NCBI RefSeq assembly: GCF_964213995.1
Contig: NC_135808.1
Coordinates: forward strand, 57,226,001 to 57,290,000
Length of the DNA: 64,000 nt
Direction of reading: 5' to 3'
DNA from: Mustelus asterias
Lineage: Eukaryota
The notes beneath the pieces are model-generated. The model saw only the letters and a list, made by a program, of their open reading frames with translations, was not told where the DNA came from and searched no databases. Of the stretch, positions 51,875-63,798 are shown piece by piece. Every line of letters starts with the position of its first letter. Position 1 is the first letter of the stretch. The position numbers and the translations under genes are program-made.

Positions 51875-52955
51875 TGGGAAATATACCTTGTTATAGACAA
51901 TCTGCTTCCCTTACTGCCCCCCAGCACAGTGGAAGATCTGCTGCTTGGGTGGCTGTATTATGCCTTTAGGTAATCTGGTTTTTGAGTTGATTAAGTATTG
52001 CCTGGCAACCTACTCCTGGAGAATGTCTTTAAATGAAAAAAGCAATGTTCTGTAATTAATGGAAATTTAATATGGAGGAGTCATGCTTTCTGCCTAAATG
52101 AACTAGGACCAAATCCATTGTTTTTGGCTTGTGTTAAAAACCCCATCCCCTCCCAGATACTTTCCCGGGATAACCCAGGCAACTTGACTGCAACCTGTTC
52201 AAACTGGTTTCTGACCCCATTCCACCTCCACCACAAAGATCACTCACCATCACTAACTCCACTCACCTCTATCACCCCTAACTCAGCTTAACTGCTGTTG
52301 CCTTTGTCACTTCCAAACTCAATTACTCCAAGTCTCCCCTGGCTGACCTCCCATCCTCCACTGGCCAACAACTTCTGACCATCGGAAATTCTGCTGTCCA
52401 TCCCTTCCTATAACAAGTCCTGCACTCCATCCAGACTGCTTCATCCTCTTCTAATCTTGCACCTTCAGTGCCTCAAATTACCAATGCTCATCCCTCCATG
52501 TTGAAATGGTTTCCCTCTTCCCTCTCTGTCTCTGCGACTTTCTCCAGCTCCATAATTCCTTCTTTTCATTAACTGCAGCCTCTTGTACTTTCCCCCAACT
52601 CTTCCTTCACTCCATTTTTGGTCCACTTTGGTTTTTGTCCCATGCCTTGCCTCTTCACCTCCCTCTTCTCCTTATAACCCTATTTTTTGACCAAGCTTTT
52701 GCTCATCCCTCCCAATATCTCCGTCTTTAGCTCAGAGTCCAATATTTTTACAGGTGAAGTGCTTTGTGACATTTTCTCTGTAATATATGTTCACTCAATA
52801 TTCATTCTTGGCATATGGCTGTCACAGGTAAGGCAGGCATTTATTACCCATCATGAATTGCCCCCGAGAAGCTGGTAGGCCTTAAAGCCCTGCAGCCCAT
52901 GGATCAAGGCGTTCCCACTGTGCTGTTTGAATGGGAGGTCTGGATTTTGTCCCAT

Positions 52956-53181
52956 GATGTGGAGATGCCGGCGTTGGACTGGGGTGAACACAGTAAGAAG
53001 TCTCACAACACCAGGTTAAAGTCCCAACAGGTTTATTTGGTAGCAAATACCATAAGCTTTCGGAGCGCCGCTCCTTCGTCAGATTCCACTCCATCTGACG
53101 AAGGAGCAGCGCTCCGAAAGCTTATGGTATTTGCTACCAAATAAACCTGTTGGACTTTAACCTGGTGTTGTGAGACTTCTT
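52956..53181 (-). mobile_element. palindromic Penelope-derived short element (family 1)
   Basis: near-perfect ~90 bp inverted arms around ~53085; perfect 12 bp TSD attttgtcccat at 52944-52955 and 53182-53193. Confidence 0.9.
53091..53127 (+). ncRNA. minimal hammerhead ribozyme motif (PLE family 1)
   Basis: CCAU-CUGACGA-A-GGAGC agc GCUCC-GAAA-GC-UU-AUGG; a mirror core with truncated stem I lies on the minus strand at ~53050-53084. Confidence 0.78.
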
Positions 53182-53682
53182 ATTTTGTCCCATTAACCAT
53201 GGAAGAGTGGTGATATTTTTCCAAGTCAGGGGTTGGGTTGCCAACTTGTAACGAAATGTAATCTTGGGTTAGTCCCATGACTTGCCTCCATGCTTCAGCC
53301 ATTTGTCAGCCAGTCCTTCAATCCTTGTGACGTACTATCTTCCTCTGCCAACCCTAGCCCACTTTCCACAGTTTTATATCTATTAAAGAGCAATGTTTAA
53401 AGAAAATGACCAAGAAGCATTCATTTTTAGTGCCCTGATGATTTTTCTTCATGATTGCATGCGGCAGTGTCCTTTGATTCCTGGAGACACCAGGCTAATC
53501 CTGGATGGTTGGTGATCCTGGTCGCCCTGGGTGAGACCTGGAAGCCATGAGGCATCCAAAAGCCCGCTGTGCGGTCCTTCAAACTGCCGGAGGTTTTAAA
53601 TTTGGGTGATGTTGCGTGAGTTGTTGATGGTGAGCTACTATGATTGATTTATAAGCTGTGTTTTTCCCCTTTCTCATTAAAG

Positions 53683-53853
53683 TGCTCGGGGATGTGTGGA
53701 GAGGGCCGCATGACACGCTATGTGGTTTGCAGGAACAATGATGGGAAGGTGTTACCAGACTCTCAGTGCGACTTGACGACAAAGCCCCTGGCAGTGCACC
53801 CCTGCGGAGATAAAGACTGCCCTCCCCACTGGGTGTCTCAGGAGTGGGAGCAG
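53683..53853 (+). CDS. ADAMTSL2: ADAMTSL2-like exon J: TSR
   Basis: cattaaag|TGC...CAG|gtatga; [57 protein letters not shown]. Confidence 0.95.
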
Positions 53854-55011
53854 GTATGATAGTGAGTGAAACACATGCTGCAAGAATCAAAGGGCAACTG
53901 GAGCTAACAGCCAATTTCAGCTCAAAAACAGAAATAATACCGGAAGCATTCATGGCTTCACATCATAAAAGGTTTCCCACAGGGCACCTTGTAGTAAGAA
54001 AGTAACATCTGAAAATAGTGTCCATTGTTGTGGGGATACAGCTAACAGCTATGTACTGCTCTGCAGGATCCCACAGATACCCGATCAGCTGAAAAATAAT
54101 TATTCCTCAGCTAATGGTTTGCTACTATACCTGCTAATCACTGTTGTTTGTCCACACACACCTTCCAAACAGGTTTAAGTCATCAAAATAGAGATGTCGG
54201 CTTAAAAGTCCAACAAAGTGAGTGATAGCTCTGATGGGCGGCACGTTGGCACAGTGGTTAGCACTGCTGCTTCACAGCACCAAGGACCCGGATTCGATTC
54301 CCGGCTTGGAATTTAATTTACCAGGAAACTTAGCAGCTGGGCTCACTTAATCATGGGAGAGACCGCGTGTCAGTTTCCCAGTGATGGTGGGATGGGGCCA
54401 GTGTGCGAAACCTGCTCTCTCGTGGCAGTTTTTCAATCAGGTTCATTATTGAGTCAATTGACACCAATTATCCCTGAGTGCATCAGAATTTAGAGGTGGC
54501 TCAGGGATTAAATTGGAGTTGCGAAGTTGTCTGGTACTTTTCAAAGGCCGCCCAGCAAACCTTGTTGGGTTTGCCAGCGGCCTACCTAAGAGGTTCACTG
54601 GGAGTCGGTGTCTGATCGAGGGAACCAGCTTTGAGAAGTGTGGGTGTATGCTGAGAGCCACCCATCTGTCCTTGCCATTGACTCTTCACTTCTCCTGCGA
54701 CCCCCTTCCTGCCCTCAGTAACTTGTGTTCAAGGATCCAACGGCAACTCCTGGTGACAGCCTCGGAGTATTACTGGGAGGGAAGTGAGAGGATAAGAGAC
54801 AGTGGGAGACTGGCAGAGGGAAATGAAACCATTGCAATCTGACAGAGGAAAGCACTGGACTTGGAACCAGGAAAAGGCAGACTCGGAGCAGGAAGCAGAG
54901 TGACTGGTTGGTTGTTGGAAACTGGCTAAAGCAGCAGCCTAAAGTTTTCACAATATCTTCCAGCCTTAGTTTTAATCTTAATTGACTCTCCAGGGAAAGG
55001 TTCACTTAGCG

Positions 55012-55627
55012 TCAGAGAGATTTACAGCATGGAAACAGGCCCTTCGGCCCAGTTTGTCCATGCCATCCAGTTTTTACCATTAAGCTAGTCCCAATTGCCT
55101 GTATTTGGCTGATATCCCTCTTACCAATCTTATCCATGTAACTGACTCAATGCTTTTTAAAAGACAAAATCGTACCTGCCTCTGTTACTACCTCTGGCAA
55201 CTCATTCCAGACACTCGCCAACATCTGAGTGAAAAAATTGTCCCTCTGGAACCTTTTGTATTTCTCTCTTCTCACCTTAAATCTTTGCTCTCCAGTTTTA
55301 CTCTCCCCTACCTTTGGGAAAAGATGTTGACTATCTATTTCCCTTGTGCCCCTCATTATTTTATAGACCTCCTATAAGATCATCCCTAAGCCTCCAAGCT
55401 CCAGAGAAAGAAGTCCCAGTCTACCCAGCACCTCCTTTATAAATCAAATCATCAAGTTCCAGCAGCATCCTAGTAAATCTTTTCTACACTCTCTAGTTTA
55501 ATATCCTTTCTATAATAGGGTGACCAGAACTGTACACAGTATTCCAAGTGTGGCCGTACCAATGTCTTGTACAACTTCAACAAGACGTCCCAACTCCTGT
55601 ATTCAATGTTCTGACCAATGAAAGCAA
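55012..55627 (-). mobile_element. CR1 LINE 3' fragment
   Basis: LAFIGQNIEYRSWDVLLKLYKTLVRPHLEYCVQFWSPYYRKD; same subfamily as 7634-8131. Confidence 0.9.
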
Positions 55628-55762
55628 GAAGGTTGAGAGGGATGGGGATGTGTTTGTCTGCTAACTGGCATATCGCTAGCTTGTGGGAGCCTCTGATGCA
55701 GGATGTTGGTAGGGACTGACTAATGGACTGTGTAATGAATGATTGACCTTGTTCTACTTCAG

Positions 55763-55939
55763 TGCAATGCCACGTGTGGCCGGGGTAGGAAGACCAGGAG
55801 GATTCTGTGCGCTGGTTTGGAAAATGGAGCTTACAAGGAGTATGAGGAGAGCCGGTGTGGGCATTCAAAGAAGCCTAACGAGGAGGCAGCCTGTTTCGAG
55901 AGGCCCTGCTCAAAGTGGTTCAAAACATCTTGGTCACAG
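55763..55939 (+). CDS. ADAMTSL2: ADAMTSL2-like exon K: TSR (last TSR and PLAC exons expected beyond the window)
   Basis: ctacttcag|TGC...CAG|gtaagc; CNATCGRGRKTRRILCAGLENGAYKEYEESRCGHSKKPNEEAACFERPCSKWFKTSWSQ. Confidence 0.95.
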
Positions 55940-57041
55940 GTAAGCAAACTCACCTGATTATCTGGGAGCTGTTGTGTCTCACTGATTCACATGAAGTTAT
56001 CTTTGCCCTGTTTGTTTCTTTAATTTTCTCTTCTTTTCCTACACAATTTTCCTCCCTTTTGAAATGATCCTGTAGAAACTGTCAACATTTAGAGAAATAT
56101 GACGTCATGGTTGTTAACTATGGTTAACAAGATTTCATGTTTTAAAGCAAAATAATTTTATTATACAAAAGCCAAACTAAGCAAACAGTACTAATGGAAC
56201 ACTTCCTTATGTAATTACTTATACTTTACATCGAAAAGCCTAATAAAACACAACCACGTATACTTCAAACTAAAATCCACACTTTGCTTCTCAATTCAAC
56301 CAAAGATTGTTTGTTTCATCCTTTTGAAAATATAAAAGCTTGTGGGTGGCACAAAACCTGCAAATATTGCAAATTGCGAGCATTATGATGGACTTTGAGA
56401 GACAAGTTATAATACTGATTGGGAGAGCCGGTGCAGACATGATTGGCTGAGTGGCCTCCTTCTGCGCAGTAACAATTCTGTGATCCTGAACTCCCTTTTC
56501 CATAATGACTCCTCCAGAAAGTCTTGGGCTACTTATCAGGTCCTTAAAGATTACTCACTTGCTTAATAACAGCTACAATTTTTTCCACAGCTGCCTTGCA
56601 AGGTCTGGGACTTTCCAGCTCCAGCCTGAACTCCATCTGCAATTCCTGCACACTGAATTAAACAGAAAATTCAAAACTTCCTAGTTTCTAATAACTCTAT
56701 TATTCAGTTCCCCAGCTGTTCTGCAGCTCTTTGCAAGTTCTTTTCCTTTTCTGAACTTGGGGCTTACACCAACCAAGTGGGTGTTTTCAGCTCCAACCCC
56801 AAAGACCGTTGGACTTCTCCAAGCCAAACTGCTTGTTTTCATCATGAGGATTACTGTAGATTTCTTCCTCTAAATCCAAGCGAGTCAAATCTTCCAGCCT
56901 CTCCTCTCTCTCAAACTCTGCCTCCAAATTGAGTTTGGGCCCCCATCCTCATTCAGCACGGTGAACGATAAAGTTAGTATTTTCTCTGCTTAAGGTGCAG
57001 GCCTGGCTAACACTTATTGCTTTTCCTCCCTTCAACTCTGT

Positions 57042-57177
57042 GGGTACGATTTTACAGCTGTCCATGATGACGGGATCTTCTGATCCCGCTGCAGTGAACG
57101 GAGATTTGGCTGAGCAGCGCTAAATTCTCTGGCCGAGCTGCAGGAGCAGCAGGGCATGAACCAGTAAGATTACACCC
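57042..57177. mobile_element. short Harbinger-type MITE (~136 bp)
   Basis: imperfect TIR gggtacgattttac / gtaagattacaccc; internal hairpin cgggatc ttct gatcccg. Confidence 0.6.
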
Positions 57178-57763
57178 AGTGAGTTTCAACTGCCTCTGTA
57201 TTCCCAAACTGAACCGTCTGCTTAATCCCCCCACAGCCTATCTCTATGGCAATGTGATATACTTTGGTTGTTCCAAACAGAAATGTAAATTAACCTTTTT
57301 TAACCTTCAAAAGAATCTCAGATTTTGGAAGCCCCTTAACTAATTTAAATATCTAATAGAGTTTAAGGCCCTCTTCTCCAGACTGTCGGGACCCACCAAA
57401 AATCTACCTCGTTTACAACATGCTTTTAGCAGCTTTTCACCTCGGAACTACACTTAATCTAAATCTTTTTATTGAGGTAGTTGTAGACCTCCTGGCTCTC
57501 TCTCAAGCTTCGAGATCGCTCATCCATTATTTAGATTTTCCCACTACCGCCACTGAAAACACAAGTTGCCTTTTAACAGTAATTAACCCAGGCTTGTTTG
57601 ATTTCCATTTGCATTAGAAGTGTTCACCCGTTTCTCGATCAGGTTTTTCCATTTAACTTGTATTTAACAATTTTATATTTAACAATTCAATCCCCAACTT
57701 AAAAGTTATATTCCTAAAACTAATGTTGTGGCTCTAAATCATGGAATCAGATATCCGCACCAC

Positions 57764-57992
57764 TTTAGATAAAGGCAAATTACTGCGGATGCGGTGCTGG
57801 AATCGGAAACAAAAATTGAAAAATGCTGGAAAATCCCAGCAGGTCTGACAGCATCTGTGGAGAGAGAATAGATCCAATGTTTTGAGTCTGGATGAATCTT
57901 CGGAAGGTTCATCCTGACTCAAACGTTGGCACTATTCTCTCTCCACAGATGCTGTCAGACCAGCTGAGATTTTCCAGCATTTTCGGTTTTTG
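57764..57992. mobile_element. palindromic short element, family 2
   Basis: tttagataaaggcaaattactgcggatgc...; inverted arms around ~57901. Confidence 0.8.
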
Positions 57993-58424
57993 ATCCACAA
58001 CTCTTAGTTTTCTTGACACTGGTTTTCCTCCTCCCCATTCTACTGTCTATGGCCCAGTGGAACTAGGTGGTGCCAGAAAACATCAATGCATGAAGCTCCT
58101 CTCCCATTCTCAACTCCATTTATCGTATTAAGCCAATAGGCAGGTATAAAAAGCAAGTAGAATGTTTTCTTTATCTCCTACAGCTGGAGTATAAAGGTCA
58201 GGAAGTTAGTTTTCAATTGCATAAAGCCTTGCATTCGGTCCAGATACCATACCTCAGGTTTTAATGGTCTTGGAGGGGGTGCAGCACAGATTCATCAGAT
58301 TGAGCCCAGATTTTACAGGGTTCAGTCACGAGGACAGGTTGGAAAGAGGAGGCTTTTATTCCTTTGCGTATATAAAATTCAGGGGTGATCTGATTGAGTC
58401 ATTCCAGAATGATTGAAGATTTGT

Positions 58425-58966
58425 AGATAGACCTCAGCTGGAGTATTGTATACAGGTCTGGGCATCACACTATAGAAAGGATTTGAATGCATTGGAGAGA
58501 GTGCAGAAGAGGTTTACAAAAATAGTTCCAGTGATGAGAAACTTCAGTTATGAGGATAGATTGGAGAGGTTGGGACTGCTCTCCTTGGAGAGAAGGTGGC
58601 TAAGAAGAGATTTGATAGAGGTGCTCAAAATCATGAGGGGGTTGGATAGAGTTGATAGGGAGAAACTGTTCCCACTCGTAAAAGGATGAAGAACGTGAGG
58701 AGGACAAATTTAAAGTGACTTGCAAAAGAAGCAAATGTGAAGTGCAAAAAAAAACTTCTTCACGCAGCGATTGGTTTGGGTCGAAATGCATTGCCTGGAA
58801 GTGTGGTGGAGACAGGTTCAATGGAAGCACTCGATAGCATTGGGTGATTACTTGAGTAGAAACAGTGTGCAGGGGTGTGGGGAAAAGGCTGGGGAATGGC
58901 ACTAAGTCATGATGCTTGTTTGGAGAACAGGTTGGGCTGAATGGTCTTCTGAATTGTAACAATTCT
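58425..58966 (+). mobile_element. CR1 LINE 3' fragment
   Basis: ALERVQKRFTKIVPVMRNFSYEDRLERLGLLSLERRWLRRDLIEV. Confidence 0.85.
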
Positions 58967-59754
58967 GAGATACAGAGAAACTATTTCCTCTGGCAGGGGC
59001 ATCAAGGCCTAAACATAATATTAGAGCTGGACTATTCAGGAACAAGAGTGTAGCGGAAAGCTGAAAGTCTCTCCTCAAAAAAGCAGTAAATACTGGAGCA
59101 AATGAAATTCTAAGACTGAGCTCGATGGATTTGGATTTGGTAAGGGGTATTATGGGATGTGGAGCAAGGCTGAGAAACAGTTGAGTTGCAGATCAGCCTT
59201 GATCTAATTGAATGGCAGGATGTGCTTGAGAGGCCTTCACTCTCTCCAGCGCACCCCACCCCCCCCCCCCCCCCCCCCCCCCCCCAACAACCCCACCCAC
59301 TGTGTTCCCGTTTTGGGAACTATCACATTCTATTTTCCAATGAACAGGAATCCGTCCCCTTCATTAAATGTCTGTAAGGGGGAACATAAAATCAAAGAAT
59401 CACTACAGTGCAGAAGGGGGCCATTCGGCCCATCGAGTCTGCACCGACCACAATCCCACCCAGTGCTAACCACCATGTCGCCCTTATCCAATTCACTTTT
59501 TGACTTCCACTGCCCTTTCAGGCAGTGTATTTCAGATAAGCCGCTCTGTTTCTGTCACCCGGTGGTAATGCTCAGCCTTTCCTGCTGCTCATGACTAATG
59601 ACGGGTGGCTGGGACAGATAATGCTGTCATTCCCCATCTCTGGAAGCTCCTCCAGCCGTACAACCTTCTGAGATTTCTGCACTTTTTGGGCTCTGCCCTC
59701 TCCCTCAGCTCCGGTTTTCATTTCTGATTTTCATTGGCATCCTTGTTTCTTTTA

Positions 59755-60092
59755 ATTTATTCATTCATGGGATGCGGGCGTTGTTGGCTAGGCCGGCGTT
59801 TATTGCCCATCCCTAATTGTTCTTGAGCTCGGTGGTTTGCTGGGCCATTTCAGAGGGCAGTTAAGAGTCAATCACATTGCTGTGGGTCTGGAGTCTCATG
59901 TAGGCCAGACCAGGTAAGGACAGCAGATTTCCTTCATGATAGGACAATAATGAACTAGATGGGTTTTTATGACAATTGACAATGGTTTCATGGTCATCGT
60001 TAGACTTTTAATTCCAGGTTTTTGTTAAATTCTATTTTCCAACATCTGCTGTGGGTGACTAGTCCAGTGACAATGTCACTATGCCACTAGCT
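59755..60092 (-). mobile_element. tRNA-derived SINE (second family; another copy at ~16270-16965 is split by HE1)
   Basis: shares aaaaacccatctagttcattattgtcc...gaaggaaatctgctgtccttacctggtctggcctaca with 21910-21985; A-rich tail. Confidence 0.7.
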
Positions 60093-60470
60093 CCCCCTTT
60101 CAGCTGCGCACACTTAGTTTCAAAATTATAAAACAGTTAGAGAGGCATGGGAAGTGTAAAAAGATGCACAAAGAAGATACTAGAATTGATCAGTTATGAC
60201 GATCACGAAGGTCTGAATAGGCTCGCGCACTTTTATTCAGAAAAGAATGAAAGGTAACTTGTTCGAAGTCTTTAAAATTATGAAATGTTCTGATAGACGC
60301 AGAGTTTCCACTTGTGGGGAAAACAGGAACTCGTGAATATAAATATTAGGTAGTTCACCCAGAGGGTGGTGGGAGTGTGGAAATCAGTACCATAGGAGTG
60401 GTTGAAGTGAATCGCATGGGTAGAAGTTAGAGAAATGCATAATGAGAAAAGGATTTGAAGAAATATGTTG

Positions 60471-62952
60471 ATAGAACATAGAACAGTACAGCACAGAACA
60501 GGCCCTTTGGCCCACGATGTTGTGCCGAGCTTTATCTGAAACCAAGATCAAGTTATCCCACTCCCTATCATCCTGGTGTGCTCCATGTGCCTATCCAATA
60601 ACCGCTTAAATGTTCCTAAAGTGTCTGACTCCACTATCACTGCAGGCAGTCCATTCCACACCCCAACCACTCCCTGCGTAAAGAACCTACCTCTGATATC
60701 CTTCCTATATCTCCCACCACGAACCCTATAGTTATGCCCCCTTGTAATAGCTCCATCCACCCGAGGAAATAGTCTTTGAACGTTCACTCTATCTATCCCC
60801 TTCATCATTTTATAAACCTCAATTAAGTCTCCCCATAGCCTCCTCCGCTCCAGAGAGAACAGCCCTAGCTCCCTCAACCTTTCCTCATAAGACCTACCCT
60901 CCAAACCAGGCAGCATCCTGGTAAATCTCCTCTGCACTCTTTCCAGCGCTTCCACATCCTTCTTATAGTGAGGTGACCAGAACTGCACACAATATTCCAA
61001 ATGTGGTCTCACCAAGGTCCTGTACAGTTGCAGCATAACCCCATGGCTCTTAAACTCCAACCCCCTGTTAATAAAAGCTAACACACTATAGGCTTTCTTC
61101 ACAGCTCTATCCACTTGAGTGGCAACCTTTAGAGATCTGTGGATATAGACCCCAAGATCTCTCTGTTCCTCCACAGTCTTCAGAACCCTACCTTTGACCC
61201 TGGAATCCACATTTAAATTAGTCCTACCAAAATGAATCACCTCTCATTTATCAGGGTTAAACTCCATTTGCCATTTTTCAGCCCAGCTTTGCATCCTATC
61301 TATGTCTCTTTGCAGCCTACAACAGCCCTCCACCTCATTCACTACTCCACCAATCTTGGTGTCATCAGCAAATTTACTGATCCACCCTTCAGCCCCCCCC
61401 TCTAAGTCATTAATAAAAATCACAAAGAGCAGAAGACCAAGCACTGATCCCTGTGGCACTCCGCTAGCAACCTGCCTCCAGTCTGAAAATTTTCCATCCA
61501 CCACCACCCTCTGTCTTCGATCAGATAGCCAGTTACCTATCCAATCGGCCAACTTTCCCTCTATCCCACACCTCCTTACTTTCATCATAAGCCGACCATG
61601 GGGGACCTTATCAAACGCCTTACTAAAATCCATGTATATGACATCAACTGCCCTACCTTCATCAACACACTTAGTTACCTCCTCAAAAAATTCTATCAAA
61701 TTTGTGAGGCACGACTTGCCCTTCACGAGTCCGTGCTGACTATCCCAGATTAATCCGCATCTTTCTAAATGGTCGTAAATCCCATCCCTAAGTACCTTTT
61801 CCATCAATTTACCAACCACCGAAGTAAGACTAACCGGTCTATAATTACCAGGGTCATTTCTATTCCCTTTCTTAAACAGAGGAACAACATTCGCCACTCT
61901 CCAGTCCTCTGGCACCATCCCCGTGGACAGTGAGGACCCAAAGATCAAAGCCAAAGGCTCTGCAATCTCATCCCTTGCCTCCCAAAGAATCCTAGGATAT
62001 ATTTCATCAGGACCAGGGGACTTATCGACCTTCAGTTTATTCAAAACTGCCAGGACATCCTCCCTCCGAACATCTATTTCCTCCAGCCTATTAGCCTGTA
62101 ACACTTCTCTTCCTCAAAAACATGGCCCCTCTCCTTGGTGAACATTGAAGAAAAGTATTCATTCATCACCTCGCCGATCTCTACTGACTCCATACACAAG
62201 TTCCCACTACTGTCCTTGACCGGCCCTAACCTCACCCTGGTCATTCTTTTATTCCTCACATAAGAGTAAAAAGCCTTGGGGTTTTCCTTGATCCGACCCG
62301 CCAAGGACTTCTCATGTCCCCTCCTAGCTCTCCTAAGCCCCTTTTTCAGCTCATTCCTTGCTAACTTGTAACCCTCAATCGAGCCATCTGAACCTTGTTT
62401 CCTCATCCCTACATAAGCTTCCCTCTTCCTTTTCACAAGACATTCCACCTCTTTCGTGAACCATGGTTCCCTCACTCAGCCATTTCCTCCCTGCCTGACA
62501 GGGACATACCTATCAAGGACACCCAGTATTTGTTCCTTGAAAAAGTTCCACTTTTCATTAGTCCCTTTCCCTGACAGTTTCTGTTCCCATCTTATGCCCC
62601 CTAATTCTTGCCTAATCGCATCATAATTACCTCTCCCCCAATTGTAAACCTTGCCCTGCCGCCCGGCCCTATCCCTCTCCATTGCAATAACAAAAGACAC
62701 CGAATTGTGGTCACTATCTCCAAAGTGCTCTCCCACAACCAAATCTAACACTTGGCCCGGTTCATTTCCCAGTACCAAATCCAATGTGGCCTCACCTCTT
62801 GTCGGCCTATCCACATGTTGTGTCAGGAAACCCTCCTGCACACACTGCACAAAAACTGCCCCATCCGAACTATTTGACCTACAAAGGTTCCAATCAATAT
62901 TTGGAAAGTTAAAGTCCCCCATGACAACTACCCTGTGACCCCCACACATATC
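60471..62952 (-). mobile_element. CR1 LINE, 5'-truncated 2.5 kb copy: APE endonuclease C-terminus, RT and 3' UTR
   Basis: MGDFN...LDLVL...SDH (APE); NYRPVSLTS, DFSKAFD, GVPQGSVLG, KFADD (RT); two in-frame stops (62476, 61244) and one frameshift (~62100); (ttctatg)n tail. Confidence 0.96.
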
Positions 62953-62974
62953 AATAATAGAAAAAATGGATTAT

Positions 62975-63392
62975 ATTATTACAGCACCTTTCACTGTCTC
63001 ATGTCACCCCAAAGCAGTTTGAAGCTTTTTTAAGGGTAGTAAGTGTAATGTTAGGAATAAGGCAGCCAATTTGCACATCGTAAGATCCCACAAACAGCAT
63101 GGTGATAGTGACCAGGTAGTCTTTGTGATGTTGATTAGAGGAATATTGACCAAAACACTGGGGGAACTCCCTGCTCTTCTTTGAATAGCGGTGTGAGATC
63201 TTGTACAACCCCCTGAGAGGGCAGATGGGTCTTTGCTTTCAGAACTGATCTGAAAGACTCCATCCGTGACACTGCAGCACTTCCTCTGTACTGCGCTGGA
63301 GTGTGTCCTCGTTAAATCTTTTGTGCTCATGTCTTTGGAGTGGGACTTAAACCCAACAGCTTTTTAACTTGACCAACTGAGGCACAGCTGAG
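62975..63392 (-). mobile_element. Deu-domain SINE (SacSINE1-like), diverged
   Basis: homologous to 34690-35205; further decayed copies near 8870-9535, 12450-12640, 14955-15255, 20220-20515 and 30690-30900. Confidence 0.7.
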
Positions 63393-63543
63393 GTGAAGGG
63401 GTGGGGTTGGGGAAAAAGGGAGTATGGAGCAAGAATAGCTAGTAGGGCTAGTAGCCAGATTTTGTACTGAAAACCAGGTGGAGCTGTGGTCATGGCATTA
63501 CATCAATGTAGGAAGTTGGTGCAGGGGGCCAGGCCTCTCTGAG

Positions 63544-63798
63544 TAAAGTTTATTTATTAGTAAGGCTTGCATTGCAATGAAGCTACTGTGAAATTCCCCT
63601 AGTCGCCACATTTTGGTGCCTGTTCGGGTCAATACACCTAACCAGCATGTCTTTCAGACTGCAGGAGGAAACCGGAGCACCTAGAGGAAACCCACGCAGA
63701 CATGGGGAGAATGTGCAAACTCCACACAGACAGTGATCCAAGCCGGGAATCGAACCTGGGTCCCTGGCGCTGTGAAGCACTGTGCCACCATGCCGCCC
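63544..63798 (-). mobile_element. V-SINE with HE1 head and a different (non-CR1) 3' tail
   Basis: HE1-like head and V-domain, then ...gcgactaggggaatttcacagtagcttcattgcaatgcaagccttactaataaataaacttt. Confidence 0.8.

Noticed and set aside
50472-51973. Repetitive ORFs (HTEINTRGHVP, SRVGTLTLV and others)
   Set aside because: Open only because unit lengths are multiples of three; overlapping on both strands with no protein signature.
52956-53181. Classification of the palindromes as DNA-transposon MITEs or miRNA genes
   Set aside because: The arms match the 3' end of the GIY-YIG-coding Penelope copies, the ends are asymmetric and TSDs are 12-14 bp and variable; small-RNA production cannot be judged from sequence.
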